From Felis catus (lineage: Eukaryota): DNA of 64,000 nt. Below the pieces are notes generated by a model. The model saw only the letters and a list, made by a program, of their open reading frames with translations, ran no database searches and was not told where the DNA came from. Position numbers and translations under genes: made by a program. Location: positions 162,442,001 through 162,506,000 of the forward strand of contig NC_058368.1 in the NCBI RefSeq assembly GCF_018350175.1, in the 5' to 3' direction. Shown piece after piece: positions 40,641 to 55,224 of this stretch (positions within the stretch are counted from its first letter, which is position 1; every line of letters starts with the position of its first letter).

Positions 40641-42019
40641 TGAATAAATACTGAGTTGGCAAATACTACTGACGTCCATGTCACCTGCTACATTAAATGG
40701 CCTAATGAATTAAACCTAGATAAGACAATGAATATTCTTACAGATATATTTTATATGTGCATGAGAACAAGAGTAATTTAAATATTTTTCAAATAGAGAT
40801 CATACTTCTGGTCTTTTTCATTCTTTATGTAATTTCTATTCCAGATCAAGATAGTCATGTATTTTTGCATAAATTTTGGGTTTTTTAAACTTCACATATG
40901 TGTGTGAATTAAGGATTATAATTTGTATCTACAGTTTATAGCTGAATATTTTTTAAGAGACAAGAACCTAAATACTACTTCTATGTGAAAAAAAAAAAAA
41001 AAAAAAAGGCTTTGAGAAGAAACCTAGCATAGTTTCATGGTGACCAAGCAAGGAAAAAGTACAATTTGAGTCTTACTACTCTTTTGAATGCATTAATATA
41101 TTCAATTACTGAGACACTGAATATCCCATGCTTATTCTTCCTCAAATCCTTAAGGAAAATTTAAAAATGTTCACTTGAAATCTATGACAAGTAGTTGGAT
41201 AAAGAAATACAGCGAGGCTCCAAGGCCCTTCTCTCTAGAAATTACTCTACAGTCCCATAAAATCATAAATTAAGTGGCTCTTTTATAATTCAGCAGATGT
41301 TAACCACAGACAGAATGCCTATATTTGAACCCAGGACAGTGCATAAGCATTCCTTGTTCAGTACCTCTATGAGTGTCTGAAGCAAAGGTGATATGGCACA
41401 AATTCATGGTAACAAACCTTGCATTAATAATATTTAAATAGATATGACTAGAATTATCTTCTGTTGACTAATTAATGCATAGACAAAATTTAATGGAGGC
41501 CCATATAGAAAACTAATATTGATAATTTAAAATTTAAGCATTTTTATACGCGTGCATGTATATATATGAAATTAATACTCCTCACATTATAGGGAACTTA
41601 GCAATAAGATTCCTAGAATATCATACCATATTAACCTCTGCTGATACTACAGAGGTTGATTGATTTGCACAATTTACTACCAAGTCATATAACAATAAAA
41701 AATAATCCCTTTTTGTTGTTTGTGGTGGTGGAGGTGGTGGTGGTGGTGGTAAAATTACCCAGAAGGAATCTAAAGCATGGAAGGGTATTAAGATTGTGGA
41801 AAACACAATCCTTAAGTATGATAAATCAAAACTTTTTTTTTTTCATTAAGAAATGACAGGAGTGAAGAGAAGGGAAACACAAAAATCAGTAAATCGGAAT
41901 GAAGGTATTTGATTTTTTTCATGGTTTTCTATTGGGAAGTGAATTCCTAGTTAGAATCTTTTACCTAAAAGCAAAATCACTGGGGTAGTTATTTACAACA
42001 AGTATTAACTTGAGAGTTT

Positions 42020-42480
42020 TTTATTAGTTTCCTATTGGTGGATTAACAAATTACCATAAATTTAGTGGCTTAAGACAACCCAAGTTAATTTTCTAGTAGT
42101 TCTGGAGGTTAGAGTTCTGAAATGGGTTACGATGAGCTAAAATCAAAGTGTCATAGGGTGTGTATTGCTTCTGCAGACTCCGAGGAAAATCGCTGTTCTT
42201 GCCTTTCCCAACTTTCAGAGGCCACCTGTGCTCCTGGTGTGTGACACCACATCAGGCAGATCTCTACTTCCAGATGGCTGATGACTCTCCTCCCTTTTTT
42301 TCCTGAGAAGATCCCTTGTGATTAAACTGAGTTTATTTAGATAATCCAAGATAATCTCCCATCTCGAGATACTAAATGCAATCAAATTCACAAACCTCTT
42401 TTGCCATGGAAGCTAACATATTCACAGATCTTAAGATTGGAGCGGCCATCTTTGGGGAACCATCACTCTGCCTACCACAA
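42020..42480 (-). mobile_element. MLT1-family solo LTR
   Basis: attagtttcctattg...aaatttagtggcttaa...tctgcctaccaca. Confidence 0.85.
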
Positions 42481-42539
42481 GCTTATAGCACTGCTTGTTG
42501 TAGAAAATAAGGTGCTACCATAGAATGTTGAAAATGGAA

Positions 42540-42730
42540 ACACAAATGCTGGATCTAAACTCTGGCTCCGCTCGTATCACTGTGACACCATCTCTAAATC
42601 ACTGATGCTAAGTCTCCTTTTTCTCAACAGTATAAACAGAAGTCAGAATGCTTCCTTTAATTAGTTTTCAGGTAGATCATGACAATCAGATGAGGTAATC
42701 TAGGTGAAAGCATTCTGCAAACTATAACAT
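42540..42730. mobile_element. MIR relic
   Basis: ctggatctaaactctggctccgc...gtgaaagcattctgcaaac. Confidence 0.55.
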
Positions 42731-43014
42731 AATTTATTTAAAAAAAAAAAGGATGACTTTATTCTGAGCTGCACCACTAATGTATCTGGGCCTTTTCTCA
42801 TTTTCAAATGCAGTTTGGGACTAGAACTAATAGATAATCAGGCAATCCATGCAGGTGTGAAGTTCTCTTTTTAAAATACATGAATGAGGAAGGACCCTTT
42901 CTTGATAAAATCTACATGTTTAAAGCAATTTGCAATACTTCCAGGCCAAATTTATGTTATTGCTGTGACTGAACAGTTGTATCTATGAATGAACACATTC
43001 AAAAAGCAGACTAC

Positions 43015-43187
43015 GATCTTCAAAACCATTGATTTATCTTTGATCATGTCTGAATGGTAAAACATCTGTTTTATATTGAATGGGCATCTGTCTTCTGTTA
43101 CATCCCCATGGATGTGGTGATACACATATTTTTTAAAGTGTCTCATGGGAACTTGTATAATCACTTTCTCAGGCATTTTATAGATGT
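43015..43187 (-). CDS. Candidate exon (D)IYKMPEKVIIQVPMRHFKKYVYHHIHGDVTEDRCPFNIKQMFYHSDMIKDKSMVLKI
   Basis: tcttctgttttcaag|AC acceptor and an open frame (ORF 42952-43212). The donor is non-consensus (gtagtc), so the 3' end is uncertain. Confidence 0.4.
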
Positions 43188-44324
43188 CTTGAAAACAGAA
43201 GATTTTGCTCAAAATGATAAATTTTAATTGTAATGGAAATAGAAACTTAATCAGTTTATCACTTTTCTATAGCAACTGTATTTACACTCATTCCATTTAG
43301 ATGCATAACTGCTTTATGAAAGTCAACTACTTCCCCTAACCTCTTCACCAGGTACTGTACATTTTAGGTCATTTTATGGAGATAAAAAAAGCATAGTCTA
43401 CCAAATGAGATTGCTGAGTAGGTTAGTAACAATTTTTCCTCTAACAGTTGCCTGTTTATTTAACAGTTCTTAATCTGAAAGTGTCTCTCTCTTTTGGTCA
43501 TTAATGAACCATATTTTGTTCAAATATCTTTTGGCTTTCATTTCAAGGATTCAATAATTTTCAAAGTTATTTTTGTTAAAAGTATTACCTTTTACTTTAG
43601 AATAAATTTTCACAGATAATTTTTATTTTGTGATAATACTGAAGGACCTCACACACCATTTGCCCTGTTCCTCCCAATGGTAACATTGTATAAGTATAGT
43701 ATAATATTACAGCTAAAACACGGACACTGATTTGGTCCTCTTTATTCAAGCTTCACTAGTTTTACATCCATTTTATGTGTGTGTGTATGGGTTTGTGTGT
43801 GTGTGTGTGTGTAATTCTATGCCATTTTCACACATGTACATTTGTGTGACCACCAGAATAGGTTTATCTCTGTTCTACTACCCCTGGCTCTCCCCACATG
43901 CATCTTCTCGCCTGTTCTTCTTATTCCCTTCCTCTTTTTCCTTTCTGACACAGTTGCCAATGAAGACGGGAAATATATTCAATAAATGGTGCTATAAAGA
44001 GTGGACATTAAAAAAAGAAAACTTAATCCTTATCTCCTACCAAATACAAATTAACTTAAGCTCCAATATTTTGATCTATGAGTAAACTATCAAACTTCTG
44101 AAAGAAAAAAGGGTTGGAGATTTACTTTTACCTCCTAATATAAATTTCAGATACTAAACATAAAATAAAAACCTTAAAATGTTCAAAACTTCAGGATAAA
44201 GACCCATTAGCAAGCTTCTAGAGGAAGAAATCATAAAAGAACAACTAATTAATTTAATGACATAAACTTTTTAAAATAAAACTTTTTGAAATAAAAGTGT
44301 GTCAGGGAAGAGCTTTTCCTTCTT

Positions 44325-44516
44325 GTTTTTAAATGTTTATTTATTTATTTTGAGAAAGAAAGCAGGAGCAGGGAAGGGCAGAGAGAAAGGGAGAGAGAAT
44401 CCCAAGCAGGCTCAGTGTTCTCAGCGGGGAGACCAACATGGGGCTCGGTCTAATGAGATCATGACCTGAGCCAAGATCAAGAGTCCAATGCTTAACCGAC
44501 AGCCACCCAGGCACCC
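44325..44516 (-). mobile_element. Can-SINE
   Basis: Reverse SINEC. Confidence 0.9.
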
Positions 44517-44890
44517 TTGTTGGGAAAATTTTTTTTTGAAAACTAATAACAGACTGGGGGGAATATTTAAAGCCTATGTAAGAAAAAAAAATAAAAATAA
44601 GGGACTGAGAAAAGAACTCAATGATTGGAAAAGTTTGTAAATAGGCAAACTCCAAAAAACACATTAAAATTACTTTTAAATAAAGCAAATATTTAACCTC
44701 ACATGCTATCTAGGAAGGAAAGTAAAAAATGAAGAAAAACAGATACACTTGATATATTTGGTAATGTTAAGAATTGTTCAAATTGTGGGAAAAGGTTCAT
44801 GAATATTTCAACAGAATGGTAATTGGCGTAACATTTTTGGAAAGCAATAATAGCATAATGACTATTAATATTTAAATATGCATAATTTTA

Positions 44891-47800
44891 TTTTATCTAT
44901 TTATTTTATATATTTACTTTTTTAATATATGATATTTATTGTCAAATTGCTTTCCATACAACACCCAGTGCTCATCCCAAAAGGTGCCCTCCTCAATACC
45001 CATCACCCACCCTCCCACCCCCCATCAACCCTCAGTTTGGTCTCAGTTTTCAAGAGTCTCTTATGCTTTGGCTCTCTCCCACTCTAACCACTTTTTTTTT
45101 CCTTCCCCTCCCCCAGAGACTTTTGTTAAGTTTCTCAGGATCCACATAAGATGAAAACATATGGTATCTGTCTTTCTCTGTATGGCTTATTTCACTTAAC
45201 ACTCTCCAGTTCCATCCACGTTGCTACAAAGGGCCATATTTCATTCTTTCTCATTGCCACGTAGTACTCCATTGTGTATATAAACCACAATTTCTTTATC
45301 CATTCATCCGTTGATGGACATTTAGGCTCTTTCCATAATTTGGCTATTGTTGAGAGTGCTGCTATAAACATTGGGGTACAAGTGCCCCTATGCATCAGCA
45401 CTCCTGTATCCCTTAGGTAAATTCCAAGCAGTGCTATTGCTGGGTCATAGGGTAGGTCTATTTTTAATTTTGGGGCGAACCTCCACACTGTTTTCCAGAG
45501 TGGCTGCACCAATTTGCATTCCCACCAACAGTGCAAGAGGGTTCCTGTTTCTCCACATCCTCTCCAGCATCTATAGTCTCCTGATTTGTTCATTTTAGCC
45601 ACTCTGACTGGCGTGAGGTGATATCTGAGTGTGGTTTTGATTTGTATTTCCCTGATGAGGAGTGACATTGAGCATCTTTTCATGTGCCTGTTGGCCATGT
45701 GGATGTCTTCTTTAGAGAAGTATCTATTCATCTTTTCTGCCCATTTCTTCACTGGATTATTTGTTTTTCAGGTGTGGAGTTTGGTGAGCTCTTTATAGAT
45801 TTTGGATAGTAGCCCTCTGTCCGATATGTCATTTGCAAATATCTTTTCCCATTGCGTTGGTTGCCTTTTAGTTTTGTTTCCTTTACTGTGCAGAAGCTTT
45901 TTTACCTACATGAGGTCCCAATGGTTCATTTTTGCTTGTAATTCCCTTGCCCTTCGGAATGTGTCAAGTAAGAAATTGCTACGACTGAGGACAGAGAGGT
46001 CTTTTCCTGCTTTCTCCTCTAGGGTTTTGATGCTTTCCTGTCTCACATTCAGGTCCTTTATCCATTTTGAGTTTGTTTTTGTGAATGGTGTGAGAAAGTG
46101 GTCTAGTTTCAGCCTTCTGCATGCTGCGGTCCAGTTCTCCCAGCACCATTTGTTAAAGAGACTGTCTTTTTTCCATTGGATATTCTTTCTTGCTTTGTCA
46201 AAGGTTAGTTGGCCATACGTTTGTGGGTCTAGTTCTGGGGTTTCTATTCTATTCCTTTGGTCTATGTGTCTGTTTTTGTGCCAATACCATGCTGTCTTGA
46301 TGATTACAGCTTTGTAGTAGAGGCTAGTCTGGGATTGTGATGCCTCCTGCTTTGGTCTTCTTCAATATTACTTTGGCTATTCAGGGCCTTTTGTCGTTCC
46401 ATATGAATTTTAGGATTGCTTGTTCTAGTTTCGAGAAGAATGCTCGCGCAATTTTGATGGGGATTGCATTGAATGTGTAGATACTTCGGGTAGTATTGAC
46501 ATTTTGACAATATTTCTTCTCCAATCCATGAGCATGGAATGTTTTTCCATTTCTTTATGTCTTCTTCAATTTCCTTCATAAGTTTTCTATAGTTTTCAGC
46601 ATGCAGATCTTTTATATCTTTGGTTAGATTTATCCCTAGGTATTTTATGCTCCTTGGTGCAATTGTGAATGGGATCAGTTTCTTTATTTGTCTTTCTTTG
46701 CTTCATTATTAGTGTATAAGAATGCAACTGATTTCTGTACATTGATTTTGTATCCTGCGACTTTGCTAAATTCATGTATCAGTTCTAGCAGACTTTTGGT
46801 GGAGTCTATAGGATTTTCCATGTACAATATCATGGCATCTGCAAAAAGTGAAAGCTTAAATTCATCTTTGCCAATTTTGATGCCTTTGATTTCCTTTGTT
46901 GCCTGATTGCTCATGCTAGCATTTACAACACTATGTTAAACAAAAGCAGTGAGAGTGGACATCCCTGTCGTGTTCCTGATCTCGGGGGAAAGCTCTCACT
47001 TTTTCCCCATTGAGGATGATGTTAGCTGTGAGCTTTACATAAATGACTTTTATGATGTTTCAGTATGTTCCTTCTATCCCAACTTTCTTGAGGGTTTTTA
47101 TTAAGAAAGGATGCTGAATTTTGTCAAATGCTTTTTCTACATCTATTGATAGGATCATATGGTTCTTATATTTTCTTGATTAATGTGATGTATCATGTTG
47201 ATTGATTTGCGAATGTTGAACCAGCCCTATAGCCCAGGAATGAATCCCACTTGATCATGGTGAATAATTCTTTTTATATGCTGTTGAATTCGATTTGCTA
47301 GTATCTCATTGAGAATTTTTGCATCCATATTCATCAGGGATATTGGCCTGTACTTCTCTTTTTTTACTGGGTCTCTGTCTAGTTTAGGAATCAAAATAAT
47401 ACTGCCTTCATAGAATGAGTCTGGAAGTTTCCCTTTCCTTTCTATTTTTTGGAATAGTTTGAGAGGGATAGGTATTATCTCTGCTTTGAACGTCTGGTAG
47501 AATTCCCCAGGGAAGCCATCTGGTCCTGGACTCTTATTTGTTGTGAGACTTTTAATAACTGATTCAATTTCCTCACTGGTTATGGGTTTGTTCAAGCTTT
47601 CTATTTCCTCCTGATTGAGTTTTGGAAGTGTGTGGGTGTTTAGGTATTTGTCCATTTCTTCCAGGTTGTCCAGTTTGTTGGCATATAATTTTTCATAGTA
47701 TTCCCTGATAATTGCTTGTATGTCTGAGGGATTGGTTGTAATAATTCCATTTTCATTCATGATTTTATCTATTTGGGTCATCTACCTTTTTTTTGAGAAG

Positions 47801-50783
47801 CCTGGCTAGAGGTTTATCAATTTTGCTTATTTTTTCAAAAAACCAACTCTTGGTTTCATTGATCTGCTCTACAGTTTTTTACATTCTATATTGTTTATTT
47901 CTGCTCTGATATTTATTATTTCTCTCCTTCTGGGGGGTTTAGGCTATCTTTGCTGTTCTGCTTCTGTTTCCTTTAGGTGTGCTGTTAGATTTTGGATTTG
48001 GGATTTTTTTTTTAGTTTCTTGAGAAAGGCCTGGATTGCAATGTATTTTCCTCTCAGGACTGCCTTCGCTGCATCCCAAAGCGTTTGGATTCTTGTACTT
48101 TCATTTTCGTTTGTTTCCATATATTTTTAAATTTTTTCTCTAATTGCCTGGTTGACCCATTCATTTTTAGTAGGGTGTTCTTTAACCTCCATGCTTTTGG
48201 AGGTTTTCCAGACTTTTTCCTGTGGTTGCTTTCAAGCTTCATAGCATTGTGGTCTGCAAGTGTGCATGGTATGATCTCAATTCTTTCACATTTGTCGAGG
48301 ACTCTTTTGTGACCCAGTATGTGATCTATCTTGGAGAATGTTCCATATGCCCTCGAGAAGAAAGTATATTCTGTTGCTTTGGGATGCAGAGTTCTAAATA
48401 TATCTGTCAAGTCCATCTGACCCAATGTATCATTCAGGGCCCTTGTTTCTTTATTGACCGTGTGTCTAGATGATCTATCCATTTCTGTGAGTGGAGTGTT
48501 AAAGTCCCCTGCAATTTCCACATTCTTATCAATAAGGTTGCTTATGTTTGTGAGTAATTGTTCTATATATTTGGGGGCTCACTTATTCTGTGCATACACA
48601 TTTATAATTGTTAGCTCTTCCTGATTGATAGACCTTGTAATTATTATATAATGCCCTTCTTCATCTCATACAGCCTTTAACTTAAAGTCTAGTTTGTCTG
48701 ATATAAGTATAGGTACTCCAGCTTTCTTTTGACTTCCAGTAGCATGATAGTTTCCCCTACCCTCACTTTTAATCTGAAGGTGTCCTCAGGTCTAAAATGC
48801 ATCTCTTGTAGACAGCAAATAGATGGGTCTTGTTTTTTTATCCATTCTGATACCCTATGTCTTTTGGGTGGCACATTTAGTCCATTTACATTCAGTGTTA
48901 TTATAGAAAGATACGGGTTTAAAGTCATTGTGATGTTTGTAGGTTTTATGCCTGTAGCGATGTCTCTGGTACTTTGTCTCACAGGATCCCCTTTAGGATC
49001 TTTTGTAGGGTTGGTTTAGTGGTGATGAATTCCTTCGGTTTTTGTTTGTTTGGGAAGACCTTTATCTCTCCTTCTATTCTAAATGACAGACTTGCTGGAT
49101 AAAGGATTCTCCGCTGCACATTTTTTCTGTGCATCACGTTGAAGATTTTTTGCCATTCCTTTCTGGCCTGCCAAGTTTCAGTAGAGAGATTCGTCATGAG
49201 TCTTATCAGTCTCCCTTTATATGTTAGAGCATGTTTATCCCTAGCTGCTTTCAGAATTTTCTCTTTATCCTTGTATTTTGCTGGTTTCACTATGACACGT
49301 CATGCAGAAGATCAATTCAAGTTACGTCTGAAGAGAGTTCTTTGTGCCTCTTGAATTTCAATGCCTTTTTCCTTCCCCAGATCAGGGAAGTTCTCAGCTA
49401 TGATTTCTTCAAGTACACCTTCAGCACCTTTCCCTCTCTCTTCCTCCTCTGGAATACCAATTATGCATAGATAATTTCTCTTTAGTGCATCACTTAGTTC
49501 TCTAATTTTCCCACCATACTCCTGGATTTTTTTATCTTTTTCTCAGCTTCCTCTTTTTCCATAATTTTATCTTCTAGTTCCCCTATTCTCTCCTCTGCCT
49601 CTTCAGTCCGAGCCGTGGTTGTCTCCATTTTATTTTGCAGCTCACTTATAGCCTTTTTTAGCTCCTCCTGGCTGTTCCTTAGTCCCTTGATCTCTGTAGG
49701 AATAGGTTCTATGCTGTCCTGTATACTGTTTTCAAGCCCAGTGATTAATTTTAGGACTATTATTCTAAATTCACTTTCTGTTATATTGTTTAAATCCTTT
49801 TTGATCAGTTCATTAGCTGTCGTTTTTTCTGGAAATTCTTTTGAGGGGAATTCTTCTGTTTCGTTATTTTGGATAGTCCCTGGAGTGGTGCAGACCTGCA
49901 GGGCACTTCCTCTGTGCTGTCTTAAATAACTAGCATTGGTGGACAGGGCCACAGTCAGACCTAATGTCTGCCCCCAGCCCACTGCTGGGGCCACAGTCAG
50001 ACTGGTGTGTGCCTTCTCCTCCCCTCTCCTAGGGGTGGGATTCACTATGGGGTGGCATGGCCCCTCTGGGCTACTTGCACACTGGCAGGCTTGTGGTGCT
50101 GGGGATCTGGCGTATTAGCTGGGGTGGATCGGCAAGGTGCACAGGGGTGGGAGGGGCAGTCTCAGCTCGCCTTTCCTTCAGAAATCCGCTTCAGGAGGGG
50201 CCCTGCGGCACTGGGAGGGAGTCAGACCCGCCGGAGGGATGTATCCGCAGAAGCACAGCATTGGGGGTTTGGGCGGTGCAAGCAAGTTCCCTGGCAGGAA
50301 CTGGTTCCCTTTGGGATTTTGGCTGGGGGATGGGCGAGGGAGATGGCGCTGGCGAGCGCCTTTGTTCCTCACCAAGCTGAGCTCTGTCGTCTGGGCCTCA
50401 ACAACTCTCCCTCCTGTTGTCCTCCAGCCCTCCGGTTCTGCAAGCAAAGCTGTTAACTTATAACCTTCCAGATGTTAAGTCACGCTTCTTGTCAGAACAC
50501 ACTACATCCGGCCCCTCCACTTTTGCAAGCCAGACTCGGGGCCTCTGCTTGGCCGGCAGGCTGCCCCTCCACCCCGGCTCCCTCCCACCAGTCCGCGTAG
50601 CCCGCACCGCCTCGGCGCCCTTCCTACCCTCTTCTGTGGGCCTCTTGTCAGCACTTGGCTCCGGAGACTCCATTCTGCTAGTCTTCTGGCAGTTTTCTGG
50701 GTTATTTAGGCAGGTGTAGGTGGAATCTAAGTGATCAGCTGGATGCGGTGAGCCCAGGGTCCTCCTGTGCAGCCATCTTCTTC
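44891..50783 (-). mobile_element. Full-length felid LINE-1 (L1_Fc-like), frameshifted
   Basis: CpG-rich 5' UTR about 49870-50783. ORF1 pieces 49494-50045 and 48979-49290. ORF2 EN/RT/C-terminal pieces 48689-48982, 48054-48521, 47227-47781, 46684-46914 (FADAM in place of FADDM), 45192-45752. 17-bp TSD aaatatgcataatttta at 44874-44890 and 50784-50800. Confidence 0.97.
49870..50783 (-). promoter_or_regulatory. L1 5' UTR internal promoter, CpG-rich; starts with the YY1-like aagatggc motif
   Basis: gccatctt at about 50772-50779 on the plus strand. CpG density far above the flanks. Confidence 0.6.
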
Positions 50784-50875
50784 AAATATGCATAATTTTA
50801 AACTCAGAAATGCTTCCTTAAAATATCTTAAAATTGATGCAAAGAAAAATGTTGCACTTTTATAATTTAAAAAAA

Positions 50876-51086
50876 ATTTTTAACATTTATTTATTATTGA
50901 GAGACAGAGATACACAGACGGTGAGCAGGGGTGGGTAGAGAGAGGGGGAGACATAGAATCTGGAGCAGGCTCCAGGTTCTGAGCTATCAGCACAGAGCCC
51001 AAAGCAGGGCTCTAACCCACAAACCGCGAGATCATGACCTGAGCAGAAGTTAGACTCTTAACCAACTAAGCCACCCAGGTGCCCCT
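50876..51086 (-). mobile_element. Can-SINE
   Basis: Reverse SINEC. Flanking actttt(t)ataattt repeat. Confidence 0.9.
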
Positions 51087-53466
51087 ACTTTTATAATTTT
51101 TTATTTGACTGAGTTGATACACAATGTTGTGTTAGTTTTAGGTGTACTACATAGTGATTTAACTTCTCCATACATTACCCTCTGCTCACCACAAGTAGCT
51201 ACAGTTGTCACCATACAATGCTCTTATAGTACCACTGATTACATTCCATATGCTGTAACTTTTACTCCTATTATTTATAGATTTCAAAACTGGAAGCCTG
51301 TATCTGCACTCCCCTTCACCCATTTTGCCCATAACATGACCCTCCTTCTCCCAGCAACCATCAATTCTCATGATTTATATATATAATTGTGCTTTTTATG
51401 TGTGTTTGGGTGTGGTTTTTTTTAATTTAAAACCACATATGAATGACTTCATTCACTTACCATAGTATACTCTAGGTCTATCCATGTTGTCACAAATGGC
51501 AAAATCTCATTCTTTTTGTGGCTGCATAATAATCCATTACCTATATACAACATCTTCCTTATCCATTCATCTGTTGATGGACACTTAAGTTCCTTCCTTT
51601 TCTTGGCTACTGCAAATAATGCTGAAATAAAGGCAGGGGTACATGTATCTTTTTTGAATTAATGCCTACATTATCTCTGGGTAAATACCCAGTAGTGGAA
51701 TTATTGGATCCTATGATATTTCTATTTCTAATTGTTTGAGAAAATTCCATATTGTATTCCATAATGGTTGTATCCCATTGCATTCCCACCAACAGTACAT
51801 GAGGGTTCCTTTTCTTCATATCCTTGTCAAAACTTGTTATTTCTTGTCTTTGATTTTAGCCATTCTAACAGGTGTAAGGTGCTATGTCATTGTGGTTTTG
51901 ATTTGCATTTCCCTGATGATTAGTGACGAGCATCTTTTTTATGTGTCTTGTGACCATCTGGATGTCTTCTCTGGAAAAATGTTTATGTTTTCTGTCCATT
52001 TTTTAATAATACTGTTTTTTGCTTTTTTTTTTTTTTTTGGTGTTGAGTGTAGAAGCTCTTGATGTATTTTGTATATTAACCCCTTATCAGATATATCATT
52101 TGAATGTATATATTTCTTCCATTTAATAGGTTGCCTCTTGCTTTTGTTGATGGTTTTCTTTTCTGTGCAAAAGCTTTTTATTTTTATGTAGTCCCAATAG
52201 TTCATTTTTGCTTTTGTTTCCCTTGCTGTAGGAGACCTAACTAGAAAAATATTCCTACAGTTGATGTCATAGAAATTACCACCTATGTTCTCTTCTATAG
52301 TTTCACATCTTACATTTAGGTTTTTAATGCATTTTGAGTTTATTTTTGTGTATGGTGTATGACAGTGGTCCATTTTCATTTGTCCACTATTCTCAGCACC
52401 ATTTGTCGAAGAGACTGTCTTTCCCCAATTGTATATTCTTGGCTCCTTTGTCATAGATTAATTGACTGTATGAGCATGGGTTTGTTTCTGATTTCAGTCT
52501 TCTTAAATTTACTGAGACTTTATTTGTGACCTGGCATGTATTCTATTCCAGACATTGTTCCATGTGCATTGACAAGAAGGTGTACTCTGTTGTTTTTGGA
52601 TAGAATATTTTGTATGTATCTATTAGTTCATTCTGGTCTAATGTGTCATTCAAAGACACTGTTTCATTATTGATTGATCTTCCTGAATATCTATCCACTG
52701 ATGGAAGTGGGTGTTTAAAATCCCCTACTATTAATGTATTATTTTCAATTTATTTGTTAAATCCTCTTGTTTGATCCCTTTATCATTAAATAACGTCCTT
52801 CTTTGTCTCTTATTACAATGTTTGTTTTAAACTCTATTTTATTTGATAGAGACATCACTACCCTGACTTTTTTTTCTTTTTTTTGCTTCCATTTGCATGG
52901 TAAATGTTTGTCCATCCCTTCACTTCCATTCTGTATGTGTCTCCATATGTGAGGTAAATTTCTTGTAGGCAGCATATATATGATTCTGTTTTTTAATCCA
53001 TTCTGCTACCCTATATATTTTAATTGAAGCATTTAGTCCATTTCCATTTAAAGTAATTACTGACAAGTATGTGCTTAGTGCCATATTGTTGTTTCTGTAG
53101 TTCTTTCCCATTTCTTTCTCTTTCTCTTGCTTTCTTTGTGACTGATGAGTCTCTGTAGTGTTATGTTTGGCTTTCTTGCTGTTTATTTTTTGTGTGTCTC
53201 TTAAGGTTTTGAGTCTGTGGTTACCATGAGGTTGATATAGTACATCCTAAGTATATACTGGTCTATATTAAGATGAAGTTCAAACAGTCTAAACTTTTTT
53301 TTACTTATCCACATTTTATGTATATGTCATCATCTTGTATGTCTTTTTATAATAATTTTCTTACATCTAATTATGGCATTTTCTTTTCCCTTAAAGATGT
53401 CCTTTTAACATTTCTTGTAAGACTAGATTAGTAGTGATTAACTCCTTTAAACTTTAGTCTCTCCAA

Positions 53467-53681
53467 TTATTTTTTTTTTATTTTTTTAATGTTTATTTCT
53501 GAGAGACAGAGCAAGCAACCAAAAGTGGGAGAGGGACAGAGAGAGGGAGACAGAATCCAAGGCAGGCTCCCGGCTCTAAGCTATCAGCACAGAGCCTGGC
53601 ACAGGATTTGAGCTCATAGACTGCAAGATGATGACCTGAGCTGAAGTCGGCCACTTAACCAACTGAGCCACCCAGGTGTCC
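53467..53681 (-). mobile_element. Can-SINE in L1
   Basis: Reverse SINEC. TSD agtctctc. Confidence 0.9.
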
Positions 53682-55224
53682 AGTCTCTCTTTCAATTCTA
53701 AATGACAAAATTGCTAGGTAAAGTGTTCTTGGTTATAGGATTTTTTTCTATTTTAACACTTTGAGTAAGTCGTACCACACCCTCTGGCCTGCAAATTTTC
53801 TGCTGAAAAAACAGTAGTTTTATAAGGTTTCCCTTGTACAATAACATTGTGCTTCTCTCTTGCTGCTTTTAAAATTCTTTTTAACCTTTGACATTTTAAT
53901 TATGTGTGGTAGTTTGGACCTCCTTGGGTTTATCTTGTTGGGAACGCTCAGTGCTTCTTGAACTTGGATGTCTATTTCCTCCCCTATGGTAGGGAAGTTT
54001 TCAGCTAGTACTTCTTCAAAAAAGTGTTCTTCTCCTTCCCTTCTTTTTTTTGTGGGACCTCTATAATGTCAATATGTGTTTACTTAATGTTTAAGAGAGC
54101 CCGTAACCTGTCTTAATTTTAAAAATCTGTTTCTCTTTTTGCTGTTTAGTTTGTGTGCTTTCTATTACCCTGTCTTCCAGAAGACTAACATACTTAGGCA
54201 TCTGCTAGTGTTGATACCCTCTATTGTATTTTTTTCAGATGCTGTATTCTTCAATTCTAATTGGTTCTCTTTTCATATTTTCTGTCTCTTTATTGATGGT
54301 CTCACTGAGTTCCTTCACTCTTCTCTCCAGCCTACTAAGTATCTTTACGATCATTACTTTAAATTCTTAATCAGGCATAGTGCTTATCTCCATCTCATTT
54401 AGTTCTTTTCCTGAGACTTGGTCTCATTCTTTTGAAATACATTCTTCTGTCTCCCCATTTTTTGATGTTCTGTGTGTGCTTCTATGGTTTCACAGAAGAG
54501 CTGCTTCTCCTAAATTTGACGCAATGTCTCATGTATGGTTGTCGGCTATATAGACTGTATGTACTTAGTGGATTTCACTGGTTGGCTGGAGCTGTCCTGG
54601 GGTGGGAGTCCTGGGGCTCTTCACACACTGGACACCCTAGCAGGACAGCTAAAGCTGAAGTGGGTGCAGGCCATGGAGACCCAGGGTTCTATATGCTGAA
54701 AAGACTCTAGCTTCAGCTGTCCTGCCAAAGTGGAGGCAACTTGAGGGATCCTGGTGGGTTGGCCAGAACTGAAGGAGGCATGGATTGGAGATTCCTAAAC
54801 ACTCTGTGCAGGGGGCACCCTGTTGGGTTCTGGGTACCAGAACCCTTCACCAGGTTGCCTTAGCAAGACATCTATATCCAAAATAGTTAGGGCCTGGAGT
54901 GTTCTGTGGTGCTTTGTACCTGTATCACCTTGACACAAAGGCTGCAGCTGTGGTGAATCCTAACCAGGAGTGTTCCAGTGTCCATGGCCCTGTGGTGATT
55001 TTGGTGGGATAGCTAGGGTTGCTGTGGGCTAAGAGCAATGGAATTACGAAGGAGGCAGGCTGGTTATGGTACCTGGACTGTGCACTGATCTGTGCTTTCA
55101 AGGTAGAGAAGTGGAGACCGTCAGCCCCTCCCACCAGGAGAGATTTTCAGCAGCTCCCTGCTTGACAGAGTTCTAGGATTGGCTCTTTCAATGTTAGTTG
55201 TTCTTTTAAAAGGAGACTACTTTT

